From assembly GCA_964016885.1 (NCBI GenBank), contig OZ024742.1:125054001-125118000 (forward strand): a stretch of DNA of 64,000 nucleotides, in the 5' to 3' direction. The position numbers and the translations under genes were made by a program. Of the stretch, positions 38,637 through 51,857 are shown piece after piece. Position 1 is the stretch's first letter, and each line of letters opens with the position of its first letter. The notes under the pieces were generated by a model that worked only from the letters and a program-made list of their open reading frames with translations, had not been told where the DNA came from and made no database searches. The DNA is from Eledone cirrhosa. Lineage: Eukaryota.

Positions 38637-39444
38637 ATGTTTGACTCGTGCTTCGATATCCTGATTATGAGTGGATCTAGAGAAGAAATAGTATATTTAC
38701 ATGTGGTGTTTGCAGTTTTGTCATTAAAATCGGTATTTTTATTTTAAAAAATCTTTCTTCATGTTAAACGTAAGTGATTGTAGTCAATTTCTCTAGACTT
38801 CTGGCCCCTTAAAATCTAAGTTTAGCCATTGAAAGTAAAAGGCTACATGGCTTGGAAGTGGATATATTGGTAAACTTCAAACGGTCGCCATTTTGAAGCC
38901 CTAAGACGGCCATGTTCGGAACCCTAAAAAAATGGCAACATTGATTTTTGTGGTTAATACATCCTAACGTTTCTAAAAATATATAGTTTAATAAATCTCC
39001 AAAAAATTTGAACGAAAATACACAAGGAACTGGACTATTAATATCTTAGTGAAAATTTGGAATCAACGTGTATATTGCGTACGATTAATATAAAATTTGA
39101 ATAGACTTTAACTCATAATATGAGGCTTTATACAAAACGTAAATACATAATTACTTTCCATTTTACAAACCGTAAGATATTTATCGATGTTCATATTATG
39201 GTCAGCTATTAATCGTTCACACACTTCCTCACGTCTATCTGTACATAGCTTTCTATGCTTTTTTCCTCTAATTTATATATATATATATAGTTTTGTTGTT
39301 GTTACTGTTATTTCTACCATTGTGGTTGTTTCTTTTATTATGTTTCTTGTTTTTATTGTTGTTGTGTCTATCATTAATGTTGTTACATGTATTATTTCTA
39401 TTACTACCACTGTGGTCGCTGCTGCTGTGTCTGTCGTTAATGTT

Positions 39445-40306
39445 TCAACAAAACCTACCCTTTTAAGAATACCTACTGTACTAATAGGAAATATATTATA
39501 TGTAAAGTAAACTCCCGGATAAACTGTAAAACTGGAAACGTAGTCTATAGCATAAGATGTACAGAGGGTACTTGCAGAAACATGACAACAACATACGTAG
39601 GCGAGACAGCTCGTAGCATACGTAAAAGGATAGACCAACACTGGGGGAAACTAAAAGGAAGCAAAACCGGTTCAGTACATGCCAGACAACAACACGACCG
39701 TAACATAGACAACATAGGAATTAGAATAATATCTAAACATAGAAATGACTCAGCAGATAGGCAAATCAGAGAGGCCCGCGAAATAGAACTTAGAAGGCCA
39801 AGGCTAAACAGAAAAAATGAATGGAATAACAACAACAAACAAGAGACGTATAAATAAATAAATAAATAAATACATACACAAGCACGATAACAAGAAACAC
39901 ATATAAACACACACTAGTAAACTAAGATAGAATACAATAACCAATACACAGTCACCCAAACACGAACACACATCAAACACGATACACACACGCAAACGCA
40001 TGCACAGAGAAGGCAAAAATAAATAAATAAATAAATAAATGAATAAATAAATAAACAGAATAAATAAAGATGGCGTAGGCACACAATACAACAGGAGGAA
40101 ACATAATAGCACTGCAACGAAAGAACTTTGTTAGACTATATATGTGTTTGTGTCTATATTGTATCTGTACTTTTAACCGTTGGTCAGTGAATGGTAACAT
40201 TGAGGACCGAATAAATTAAATTAACCGATATAAAAGACAAACAGTGAGTGTGTTCTGTTATTAATTCTGGCAATATTATTACACAAATATGACCCTCCCC
40301 AAGTAT

Positions 40307-40310
<4 letters not shown>
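39445..40310 (+). mobile_element. Penelope-like GIY-YIG endonuclease 3' fragment and tail
   Basis: ORF 39582-39857: YVGETARSIRKRIDQH..HARQQH..DRQIREAREI..PRLNRKNEW; the tail ends at (TA)n 40311-40380. Confidence 0.85.
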
Positions 40311-40392
<82 letters not shown>

Positions 40393-40400
40393 CATATAGT

Positions 40401-40709
40401 ATAAAGAAAACGAAAAGTCAGTGATGCATCTGGACTCAATTTATTGCGTGTTACAATTGTTTCGCCGGCAGGTAGCTCGAGACATGATCCCTGTATGGAT
40501 CTGGCTCATTCTACGGCTGCAGGTTCATTCAGACACGGGTATTTCGTGAAAAATCTTCTCCGAACGAAATACCCGTGTCTGAATGAACCTGCAGCCGTAG
40601 AATCAGCCAGATCCATACAGGGATCATGTCTCGAGCTACCTGCCGGCGAAACAATTGTAACACGCAATAAATTGAGTCCAGATGCATCACTGATTTTCGT
40701 TTTCTTTAT
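40401..40709. repeat. Near-perfect palindrome (147/146-bp arms, 16-nt spacer) with an HHR in each arm
   Basis: 40401-40547 versus 40564-40709 differ by one mismatch and one indel; (TA)n on both sides of the element. Confidence 0.95.
40574..40664 (+). ncRNA. Type I hammerhead ribozyme variant (mirror copy on minus strand 40447-40537)
   Basis: CGTGT-CTGAATGA-long stem II (GCAG/CTGC, GTAG/CTAC, GATCC/GGATC)-GAAAC-AATT-GTA^ACACG then AATAAA. Stem I is a perfect 5 bp; the CUGANGA box has one extra nucleotide. Confidence 0.75.
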
Positions 40710-40794
40710 CCTATCTACACTCTACTCCGCTGAATATTGAGTGCTAATTTTGGCATACCGCCTATGGAAGCACCATAGCTACCATTATACACAA

Positions 40795-40834
<40 letters not shown>

Positions 40835-40836
<2 letters not shown>

Positions 40837-41289
40837 AAGGCGGGTAAAATTCCCGAGATCCATGGACGAGTTCTCTCCAGCGGTCTCTGTCCCTCATTAT
40901 CGCTGCCATATCCTGCATCTCCAACAGACCAGTGTCTGTCCTTAGGGCATCAACATATGTTAACCTTGGTCTTCCTCTTCTAGTGTGTCCATGTAGGGGC
41001 TCCCAAAGGAGCACTGAGTGCAATGTCAACTCTGGATGTCGGTGAGCATGTCCAGCCAACCTCAGTCTCCTCTGTGTCACTTTTGAGCTGACTTTTGGGA
41101 TGCTCCCATACAGCTCTGAGTTTTTCATCCTCAGTGTATACTGATTAATGTTCAGAGCCATCCTCAGCATTCTCGTGTAGCACCCATCCACCATCTGAGT
41201 GAGTCTCTTGGTCAGTGTCCAAGTCTCAGACCCATACAGCAGCACAGACTCCACTACAGCAATGAAGAGGCGGATCTTCAGGTCTCTAC
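40835..41289 (-). mobile_element. 5'-truncated copy of the young RTE LINE
   Basis: Only three substitutions seen versus 46279-46733; the stop codon runs straight into (TA)n. Confidence 0.95.
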
Positions 41290-41957
41290 TAATAAATGTG
41301 AAGACTAAAATCCAAAGAGGGCTCGATAAGGATAAATATAGTTTCAGAAGATCCCGTTAAGCGTGAAAGCAGCGATTATTTGCTTAACATTTAATCTGTT
41401 ATTTTAATGAATATATATATATAATTAATTACAACAGAGACATATGCAGGCACTTATGTTTCTTTGGTGTATGCACCTCAACTCCTTCAGCCTGTTATAT
41501 GAAGTATAAATTGCTACATTCACAGGTCTATTTTAGGTTTTCGAAAAAATGTGAGAGTTCGTTAAGGGCAGCTATTAATAAACAAAAACTTTAGATAATA
41601 TAAATGGAGGTAATTATTAGAAACAAAGCAAAAAAATGCGGGAACTTGCACGAATTTAGTAATTCAAAGAAAATAAATTCCTTGAAATTAAAATCAGACT
41701 AAAGCAGTCGAGGCACGTATTTAAGCAGCGTTTCTCTGAAGCCTGTTGTAGTAGTATGTTCCACTTTTCCGAGTTACATAGACGTCAAATTTTGTCCCAT
41801 TAACATAATGGGTGGACTTTTTAACATGATTCATCTTAATGTAGAATAGTGTATTGTTATTTGTGAGGTTCCATACATGGTTATCGAGCTGTGAGTCATG
41901 TTGTCTGAAGCTTCTTTAGTGGTTCAGGTAACCGTCTCTCTGACATAGGTCCAGGCT

Positions 41958-42314
41958 TGAAGAAATAATAGACAAATGATACAGACTATCTTCCGGGAAG
42001 AACAGCCAGATAAAATTTACCTAGTTATTTCTTTTAGCCCGTAGAAATTAACTAGACAAATAATCAACTACACGGAGTTAGGTATAAAATAGAAGTTTGA
42101 AGAAAAAATGCATTAAACTTTACCAAAATTCCTCTAGTCTCAGCTACCGGTAGTTTATATGCATTTTTCCTTCAAACTTCTATTTTATACCTAACTCCGT
42201 GTAGTTGATTATTTGTCTGGTCAATTTCTACGGGCTAAAAGAAATAACTAGGTAAATTTTATCTGGCTGTCCCTCGCGGTAGATAGTCTGTATCATTTGT
42301 CTATTATTTCTTCA
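41958..42314. repeat. Long inverted repeat (~160-bp arms, ~30-nt spacer), MITE/fold-back-like
   Basis: TGAAGAAATAATAGACAAATGATACAGACTATCT... / ...AGATAGTCTGTATCATTTGTCTATTATTTCTTCA. Confidence 0.9.
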
Positions 42315-42555
42315 TAGTTACACTTTAAATTTATAGCCTCGTTTAAATGATTATTTATGTGGTTGATTTATACGGACCAGGGAGAGGAAATACTGTATAT
42401 ATTTTATCTAATAATTCTTCCAACTTGCAATTTTATATATAGCTCTGATTAATGATTATTTGCTTAATTAATTCTTCATTGAGCCACACCGTGAAAGGTA
42501 GCCAAACTCATATATGTATCTGTGACTATGTCTAATTATATACATATATCCCTTT

Positions 42556-42592
<37 letters not shown>

Positions 42593-42696
42593 ATATAGTA
42601 GAAAGGAAAAAGATTATTTCAGTAGAAAATCTCTTCAACATTTTCTACTAAAAGAATATTCTTCCGTTCTACTATTTGTTTATATATATATATATA

Positions 42697-42885
<189 letters not shown>

Positions 42886-42966
42886 CTAAAAGGTAAACAG
42901 AAATAACAACACAATCGGTACAGGAAGGAATATATTAGGTTAACGCTTGATATAGCAGGAAGAGGG

Positions 42967-43001
42967 TCTTAACGTTTCGGACGCTAGTCCTTCATCAGAA
43001 G
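42967..43001 (-). ncRNA. Minimal hammerhead motif, same family as 61540-61575
   Basis: CTT-CTGATGA-A-GGAC-TAGC-GTCC-GAAACGTTA-AGA; ~130 bp of flanks (42893-43020) align with 61520-61652. Confidence 0.65.
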
Positions 43002-45812
43002 AATACATGAGAAATAAGATAGATTGTGGGGATGGGCGGGTTGGAATTAGAAAAAACGTATTTAGATAAACGTAACAGGTCCACTCATGCTGACATCTCT
43101 TGGAAATGTGTGGGTGTGTGTAGGGTATATTTGAAAGGAAATGTGGATTTCATTCCTAAGGCATTATGTATTCGTGTGAATTAGTACAGTCATAAGAACC
43201 TATGTACGCATGCATACATGTACATAGACATGTACCAATGTATGTGAACATGTATATATGTATTTCTTCATGTCTGCATGTGAATGTATTTCATATGAAT
43301 GCAAGCATCATATGATGTCCAACGCTTGTCTGAATATGTTCCAGTAGAAAGAGATTTAATTTTAATGAGGAGTTTATATGTGTTTCATTAACTTTACCAA
43401 ACAATATCATTTTATAAGTCTTTATTTTGTCTAGACCAAAATGTCTACATATGTCTGTGATGAGTTGTTAATATGATAATTTACAGCCAATTACGGATGC
43501 CTGCGTCAGTATATATTTACCATATTTACATATAAAGCACAGCGTGGCTGAATTGGCAGACTTTTTAGAACGTTGAATAGAATGATGTCCGGTTTTTCTC
43601 TCTGAGTTCAAGTTCTAACAAGGTCAACTTTGCCATTCACTCTTTCGGAGGTCAATAGATAATTACCTGTCTGATACTTGAGTTGATTCTTCTTCTGGCT
43701 AGGTTTCGGACTTTCTATTCTTTTCTGGAAGAAGGGATGAGCTCTGCCAAGAGTAAAATGTCTATGAAACGCCTTATGTAACTACGGTGCCCTACCACTC
43801 CATTAGGAGTTACAGGACCGTACGATATGTAAATGTAAACTACGGATTAACATTTGAAACGCGTAGTAAAACGTTCAAGGGAAAGAGTGAAACAAAAAAA
43901 AAGTATATGCCAAGCATATTTGCCAAACAGTGGAGGCGCGTGGCCAAGTAGTAAATGTGGTAGACTTACGATCATAACGTCGTATGTTCGATTTGAGAAC
44001 TTGGTTGTGTTTTGTATTATAGCTCAAAACAGACCATGTCAGGTTGCCCCAGTATACGCAGCTGAAAATGAATAGCTGCGGGTTTAAACCTGTGATGGAC
44101 TGATGCTCTCTACAGTACGTGTGCATTCAGTCGCTTAACGCTAGACATTGGAAATGGGCCGAAGCACTAGAAAATCAAATATTATATATTGTGACTTTGC
44201 CGTATTAATTCCAGATACTTCTATTCAGATTTATACTTCGATCGAATTAGGCTTTCATCAATTAAATAAAGTATCCTTTATTTAAGTAGATTCCCTTGTG
44301 GTATTTGCTCCCGCCTTTTCACTTTTAAAGACTAATCAAAACAAGGGATTTGTGTTTTACCACGTACACTGCAGTTAGTCATTGTAGAGATCCATGTTAT
44401 TCAACCAGACGATATATGATGCAGAGTGGCGTGATGATGAACATAATGTTGAAGATGCTGATAATCAAATTCATGATTATGATTGGTTGGGATGGTGGAG
44501 GATCAGGAAGATGATGATGAAGATGATGAAAAAGATACACAACAGTCAACAATGGTTTATTAAACATACTTGATAAGTACAGCTTCTTTTTCCGAATTGC
44601 AGAATGAGACGACGATCGAAATATCAAAATTTAAACCATATGCAATACAGTAAACATTGAGTTTAATACACTGAGAAACCAGAATATTATATGGTCCACT
44701 TCAGTATAAACTATAAAATCAGGAAGAAAGATGTTCGTCTATGTTGAAACAATATCCACAAGAAATCTGCAGAAAATTTAGCGCAGAAATTAATCCGATA
44801 CGCACAATCGAAAAACCGGGAATCTTTATAAAATGGCCTAGAATGTAGTGGCTAGGGCTATGCTTGATCTGTGTGTATGAGTAGGAGAGGGTTCATAGCA
44901 ATAGAGGGTAGGAGGGTAAGGCTATTCATAAATGGGGTTTGTATGCCGAAGAATTAACAGTTAAACGTGGGTTATATAGAAGTAAATGAGCAGATGGTTA
45001 AATAAGATAGTAAATAACTTCAGGTAAAATGAAGGGCCTTGAAAATAGGTAGTGTGGATTAAATGAGTTGGTAACCCATGATGAATTGTATGTATGATGT
45101 GTAAGTATAGAGCATACATAGAGCCAAACACAACAGTATACGAAGGACTTTAAACGGTTTTACATACATTGGTGAATAAAAGTGTCCAATGGAAGGATTG
45201 CGGTAAATGAGCAAATGGATAAATAAAATAGTATATGGGATCAAATAAGATCAGATAAAGTATGAGACTTTAAAATTAGGTAGATTGGATAATATGTGTT
45301 GATAACCATTGATTAAGTATATAATACTTGTTTTATGCATACTACTTACATAGCTGCATACACAACATTATTAATGGAAAGAGTGTGGTGGGGCAAGGTT
45401 TTACATAGCAAATAAATGAGTAGGTAGAAAGATTTGATAAAGTATTCACAAACAGGCACAGGCGCATTCATACATGCACACATACATACCCGTGTATATA
45501 TATATATCGGTTATTCACTTGCATGTTCCATTGTCCTGTCCCCCCTCCATTCGGTATGTTTATTTCGTGTGTTCCTCTTTCCTTTTTCCTCTTTCTTCCT
45601 CTCTCTTCACTATTTTTTCTTTTCTTTCCGCCATGGCCTTTTGATCGATAAAAGGCATTGGGCGCGCTGCTGATCGATTTCGATAACCTGTTTTAAGCGC
45701 CGAAACATTTATGATCTGCAGTTAAGAGCTGATGAAGGGATTCTTCTCTTGTTTCGTCCATATTACCATCTTAAACTTTGTTTATAGTAACCACACAACC
45801 CGCTTCGTATTT

Positions 45813-45901
<89 letters not shown>

Positions 45902-46278
45902 ACATGCACATCCGGTACAGTCTAATATATATATGATTGGTTATATTTCAAATATATAGTATTTAATTTATCACTTTGTATTTCGCTAACTTGGGACTTA
46001 AATCCAAAGACAGCCCCACATACAAATACACGTATACTAACATGCGTGATAGTTGCGTCCCGATTTAGAGAATTATCATCATTTTATCATGTTCTCATAC
46101 ATGAGCGAGCCAAATGTAATTCTTTGGCCTTACAAGAACTTACACTCCACTAGACATGTGCTGCAACAAATGAAAATACAGAAAAAGGAGAAAAAAGTTT
46201 AGTTCCTCGGCCTTTGATTTACACCCCGCATACATAGATATGTGATATATACATATATATATATATCTATCTATCTAT

Positions 46279-48557
46279 CTAAGGCGGGTAAAATTCCCGA
46301 GATCCATGGACGAGTTCTCTCCAGCGGTCTCTGTCCCTCATTATCGCTGCCATATCCTGCATCTCCAACAGACCAGTGTCTGTCCTTAGGGCATCAACAT
46401 ATGTTAACCTTGGTCTTCCTCTTCCAGTGTGTCCATGTAGGAGCTCCCAAAGGAGCACTGAGTGCAATGTCAACTCTGGATGTCGGTGAGCATGTCCAGC
46501 CAACCTCAGTCTCCTCTGTGTCACTTTTGAGCTGACTTTTGGGATGCTCCCATACAGCTCTGAGTTTTTCATCCTCAGTGTATACTGATTAATGTTCAGA
46601 GCCATCCTCAGCATTCTCGTGTAGCACCCATCCACCATCTGAGTGAGTCTCTTGGTCAGTGTCCAAGTCTCAGACCCATACAGCAGCACAGACTCCACTA
46701 CAGCAATGAAGAGGCGGATTTTCAGGTCTCTACGAAGGTCCGACTTCCACACCGATCTCAAGCTGTTACACGCCGCCCAGGCCTTGCTCTTCCTCTCAAC
46801 CACATCATCTTCCGTATTCCCAATCTTTGCTCCTAAATACAGGAAGTCCTCAACCAATTCCAGCGGCTTCCCGCCTACATTAGTGATCCCCTCTGGCTTC
46901 TCAACATTCTCTACCAGATATTTTGTTTTAGTCTCATTCATTCTCAGCCCCACACTCATCGACACAGTCTCAACCTCCCGCATCAAATCCTCTGCATCCT
47001 TCACTGTATTTGTCACTAAAACTATGTCGTCGGCAAATTCGGCATCCGATACCTTTTTCGCCCCAACTCTCCTGCTCTGAGCCGGTGCTACAGTAAAGCC
47101 AGAGTCCTGGTGTTTCTCCAGTGCAAGGCGCATACAATAGTCCACTACGATGATAAAAAGGTAGGGAGCCAATGTATCTCCCTGGAGCACTCCAGCCAGT
47201 ATCTCAAAGAACTCTGTCATCCCATCAGGTGTAATGACTTGGGCTTTGGTGTTGGTGTAGAGCAGTGATATCAGGTCCACTATCCTCTTGGGGATTCCAT
47301 AAGCCTGTAAGTTCTTCATCAGGCAGTAACGGTCCACAGAATCAAAGGCCTTCCTAAAGTCAATGAAAACCATGACCGCAGGAAGGCACTTTGCTCTAGC
47401 TCCCTCTAATATCCTCCTCAGCATCAGGATGTGACAGGTGGTTGATCTACCCTCTCTGAAGCCGTTCTGGCTGTCCCTGAGCTTCTTCTCCATCTCAGGC
47501 TGGATCCTGTTAAGAATCATCCTGTTGAGGGTCTTTGCCACAAGTGACGTCAGTGAGATCCCCCGGTAGTTGTTGGTGTTAGAGAGATCTCCCTTCTTTG
47601 GCACTGGGACGATGTTACTGATCCTCCACTGATTCGGGGCAACTCCTTTCTCCAGTGCCCCGTTACAGAACCCCAGGATGATATCATCAAAATCACACCT
47701 CTTCATCACCTCTGATGCCACTACATCTTCTCCATGAGCCTTGCCTTCCTTGATCTTCTTCTTGGCTCTCTGAAGCTCCTCTCTGGTGAAGGGCTCTGTC
47801 TCAACATCCAGTTCCTCAAACAGCCGCCTGATCTCCCCAGTGCTCTGGGCTGTGGAGGGTGGCTCTCCTAGTAGGGTCCTAAAATGGTCTAGCCATTTCC
47901 TCTTCCTATCCTCGGGCCCCGTTCCCTGGATCTGACTCGAACACCTTTTCTTCCTCCCTGTGATCTCGTTGATGATCATCCAGCTCTCCTTACATCCAGA
48001 TCTGTCAACCGCTCTCTCCACACTTCTGATCTTCTCTATCAGTGCCTCCTCTCTGACCTCAGTGTAAGCGGTACAGAGCTCTTCCCTCATCACCTCCACA
48101 GTCTTCATCCTCTCCTCCGTAGGATCAGCATAGAATTGGTCCCTGGCAGCTTTCAGGTGTTCTCTGGCTGCACACACTTTTGGGTTTGCAGAGCTGACGT
48201 GCTTCCCTTTGTTCTTTTTCCTCGGCACCAGGGTTTCACTTGCTTTCGCCACTGCATTGGTGAAGTGCCCGTACCTCCTCGTCACACTCTCCTCAGTCCA
48301 TCCAATCACTCTCTCCTCTGACTCTCCACACAGAGCACTAAACCTGTTTCTCACTTCCACTGTGAACCTCTCCTGTAGCTTATCATCTTCCTTGAAAGCT
48401 CCCCAGTCATAGATTGTTCTCCGGGGCTGAGCCTTGCTCTTTCTTAAGCTCACGCGGACCTCACTCATAACAAGCCGGTGGTCACTACCCAGTGTACTGA
48501 AATAGCTGTATGGTTCCGTGTTCAGAACACTATTCCGCCACTTTTTCCTCACCAGAA

Positions 48558-48559
<2 letters not shown>
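46279..48559 (-). CDS. RTE-clade LINE ORF (APE C-terminus + complete RT), uninterrupted but 5'-truncated
   Basis: [73 protein letters not shown]. The N-terminal IYIY of the track ORF is flanking (TA)n, not coding. Confidence 0.92.
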
Positions 48560-48629
<70 letters not shown>

Positions 48630-48694
48630 TATATACACATATACCAACACTGTTCGTACTGCACTCTTTGTTATTGTATTTGTTTTTTATTTTA

Positions 48695-48773
<79 letters not shown>

Positions 48774-49729
48774 ATAAATATTCTCTTCACAGAGAGATGA
48801 TTGTGTAGGTAGCTGTAAAATTGTTACCAGTTATTCTTTGTTTTGTAGTACCGAATCTAATTTCCCCAGCTGCGATATATCAATGATATATCCAGTTCAC
48901 ATGTTTAGAAGCGTTTCAACCAAATCCAATTCTTCCTGCTGGAATAGTTACTTGAAATATGCAGAAAGTGAAATTTGCAAATGTATTAATGGATTTCTGA
49001 ACTAAGTACGTCCACGGAAGTTTAAACAAGACTAACATATGTGTAAAATAACATTTTCTGTTACCTATTTTATCCGAAAGACAGGAACTTGAGAAAATAA
49101 CATTGTATATGGCCTATTTATCAACGCCGAACCCCCTTTGAATGTAGGAGGGATACAAATAATGGAAAATTAATCACATTCTCCTAGATCTAGGTTTTTG
49201 AATCTGTTTAGTGTCATAATTATGTTCAGATACAGATGCAGTATTTTCCAGTGATCTGGAGCAGTTTAAGACATATTGTTACAAACGGCAAGGAATAGAT
49301 ATGTATCCTCCTGTTTGTCAAATACCTTCTATCCAATAAACACCCCGGCTGCTGGATCAGTTTGCGTAACGCTCCATATTTTATGAGAAAAAAATATATG
49401 AATGTTTTAATAGAGCAATGCTGAGTGGATTCCATTGGTACATATAATGCCTGCAAGTCGAATGGTTAGTACAGTTGAATTTATAGACTCATCTCAAGTA
49501 AATATATGGTTCCTACCTAATATGTGCCTCTCCTCGTCCCCTGGTATCTCTACTGTGTCCAGCTCCTGCTTCCAAATTAAAGATTTGGTCCAATCGTCTA
49601 CCCATGCAAACAGTGTATCACACCTTGTACACTATATTAGAACTGATAAACTGTATCGCAACTATTACTCGCAACTACTAAGAAAAAAACATTTACAAAC
49701 ATCATACCTTAAGAAACAAGCCACCTCGT

Positions 49730-49930
49730 AGTCCTAGCCGAAAGGATAGAGAAACCATTGCTCCAGATGACGGCGAGCAAGATGAACTGGAACATCCACT
49801 CCACCTCGCGGTGCTCGCAACAGTGGGTGGTCAACTCAACTTTGGTACAAAGTGCCACAGGCTCAAACACAAAGCTATTATAGAGTGGTCGATACTTGGA
49901 CAGTTTGCCCCCCTCGGCCCGGTAGACTGC
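49730..49930 (-). mobile_element. Fragment of a restriction-like endonuclease C-terminus (CRE/NeSL-like non-LTR element)
   Basis: Minus strand KYRPLYNSFVFEPVAL and a decayed LAVI..GFSIL end. Confidence 0.4.
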
Positions 49931-51857
49931 GAAGCCTAGGCTAGTGATGTATATGTAGTTGTCGCATTACACTTCTTGAGGACCTACATTCATTATTTCA
50001 GAAGATATGTTAGAGACTTCGGATAACATATTTTATCAGACTGAAAAATCTTTTTAAATCCCAAAATGTCATGTAAAATGTGAGAATTGAATTCACATGA
50101 TTGGAATGCAGTCTAAAATGCTGACACAAATTTAACTGCTATGTAGATGGTTCCTGTTGATGTATCACATTCTAGTGAAGGAAATATATCTCATTCGCTA
50201 TTGTATTGGCTGATTTACAAGCTTATATTTCATACAGTAGCTTAGTTTTATTTTATTTGTACAGTTTTATTGTCGTAATAATAACTTGATTACTGTTTCA
50301 CAATATAGTTTCAATAAAGTTGAATATATTTTATTTGTGAGAAAATGGATGATGGAATAGAACCTATAGGCTTAATCACATTTTGTATTTTTACCTTGAA
50401 GGATTTCAAGCGAACGCAGCATGTAGCTATAATATTGCATTTCTACGTTTTTTGTTAAGAGACGTATAATCAATATGATCTGCAATAAACCCCACAAATG
50501 AAAGATATATGAGGCTAGATAATTTAATATGCTATTCTTTTCACTACCAGATATTGTCGGCCCTTTGTGTGTATGTTTCCTCCAACCATTATAAATGGTC
50601 TTGATCTCGTAATCATGTTTACTAACATTAAAAAAATATCAACAATTATTGAGGAGGACAGAGCTCTTAAATTTAGTCCAAGTATTTGACAGGTAATTAC
50701 AGCTTATCATTGCTTGAAAGATGAACAGCAAAGTTAACTAAGGAGGGAATTGAACTCATAACATAAATAGTAATAGCTAAATAATGGCAATGTATATTTA
50801 AACAATACTTATACAGCACCACTACATTTTTCTGTCGAACTTAATAACACACCCAGTGAATATATTTTAATATTCATTGTACGCCGAGAAACTTTTACAA
50901 TAAGAGCTTATGGCGTCACAGTGTCTAAGGGAGATAATTCTTTCAGACAGGATTTTAGTACATTAAAGAATATTATACTAGAATATACAAGAAGATAAAA
51001 ATATTGTATTCAGTGTTTTCTCGATATCCCGGAGACTTTCTTGTAGTATTATAGAGAAAATGGAGATTAAACAATGAAAACGCAGAGGGAAATCTGTCAG
51101 AAAGAAAAATTGTATGAAGAGTGCAAAACTGAACACGACAAAAAATATAAGAAAATAATAATGATAATAATAAATTAGTAAAAAAGGTGAAAATACAAAA
51201 AGAAACAAAAAAAAACAGCACGAAAGGAATCAAATAATCTCTGAAGTTAAATAGCCATCACTTTTGTCTCCTACAGAATAAAACATTTCAAGTATTTATA
51301 AGGCTTGCCAGGTGAATCTATGTACAACGAGGTGCCACACATGAGCACCACGCCTATCTTGTCAAGGCTATCTACAATTAAAATATCTAATGTGCTTCTT
51401 TTTTCATCGATGGTAATATAACATCGATCTCGACAGTTTACTATGAAGTAAATTTCTACTCGAGCATCTAAGCAGTTAAACATTCCAGAAACATATTTTT
51501 CCTTAATCCTATAAAACCTGGGGATTTAGGGTTTTCCATAAGCCTCGGTTGTTGAGGGGGGACTCTCACATACCCCCTCCTGTTTTCTTCCATGACCACT
51601 GATAGTGTGACAATAAAACTGGGACCCAGTATAGATCATTGAAAGGTAAATATTTCTACATTATAAATATGTTGCTGGCTCCATTATTTTACTGATGACG
51701 TCATCAGATGTACCTAGATGTGTTAACATTTAGTACTTTTACAGTATTCAACATTTTTGGAGAACCATTACGGTTATTACAATAGGTATTGCCATGTGCC
51801 GTCTCTTTGCTGTGTGTGCTATTAAATAAAACAAACAACAATACAATGTCAAGAAGG

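Larger units (their letters stand above)
35000..39037 (+). mobile_element. AcademX-type DNA transposon, 5'-truncated
   Basis: Transposase + XPG-like + Cys-rich finger coding remnants; right terminus GGAACTGGACTA (reverse complement TAGTCCAGTTCC, an Academ-type TAG end). No left TIR seen. Confidence 0.8.

Noticed and set aside
48849-49005. Possible exon with EGF-like CWN..CKCINGF
   Set aside because: Cysteine spacing does not fit EGF and a stop codon precedes the apparent donor site.
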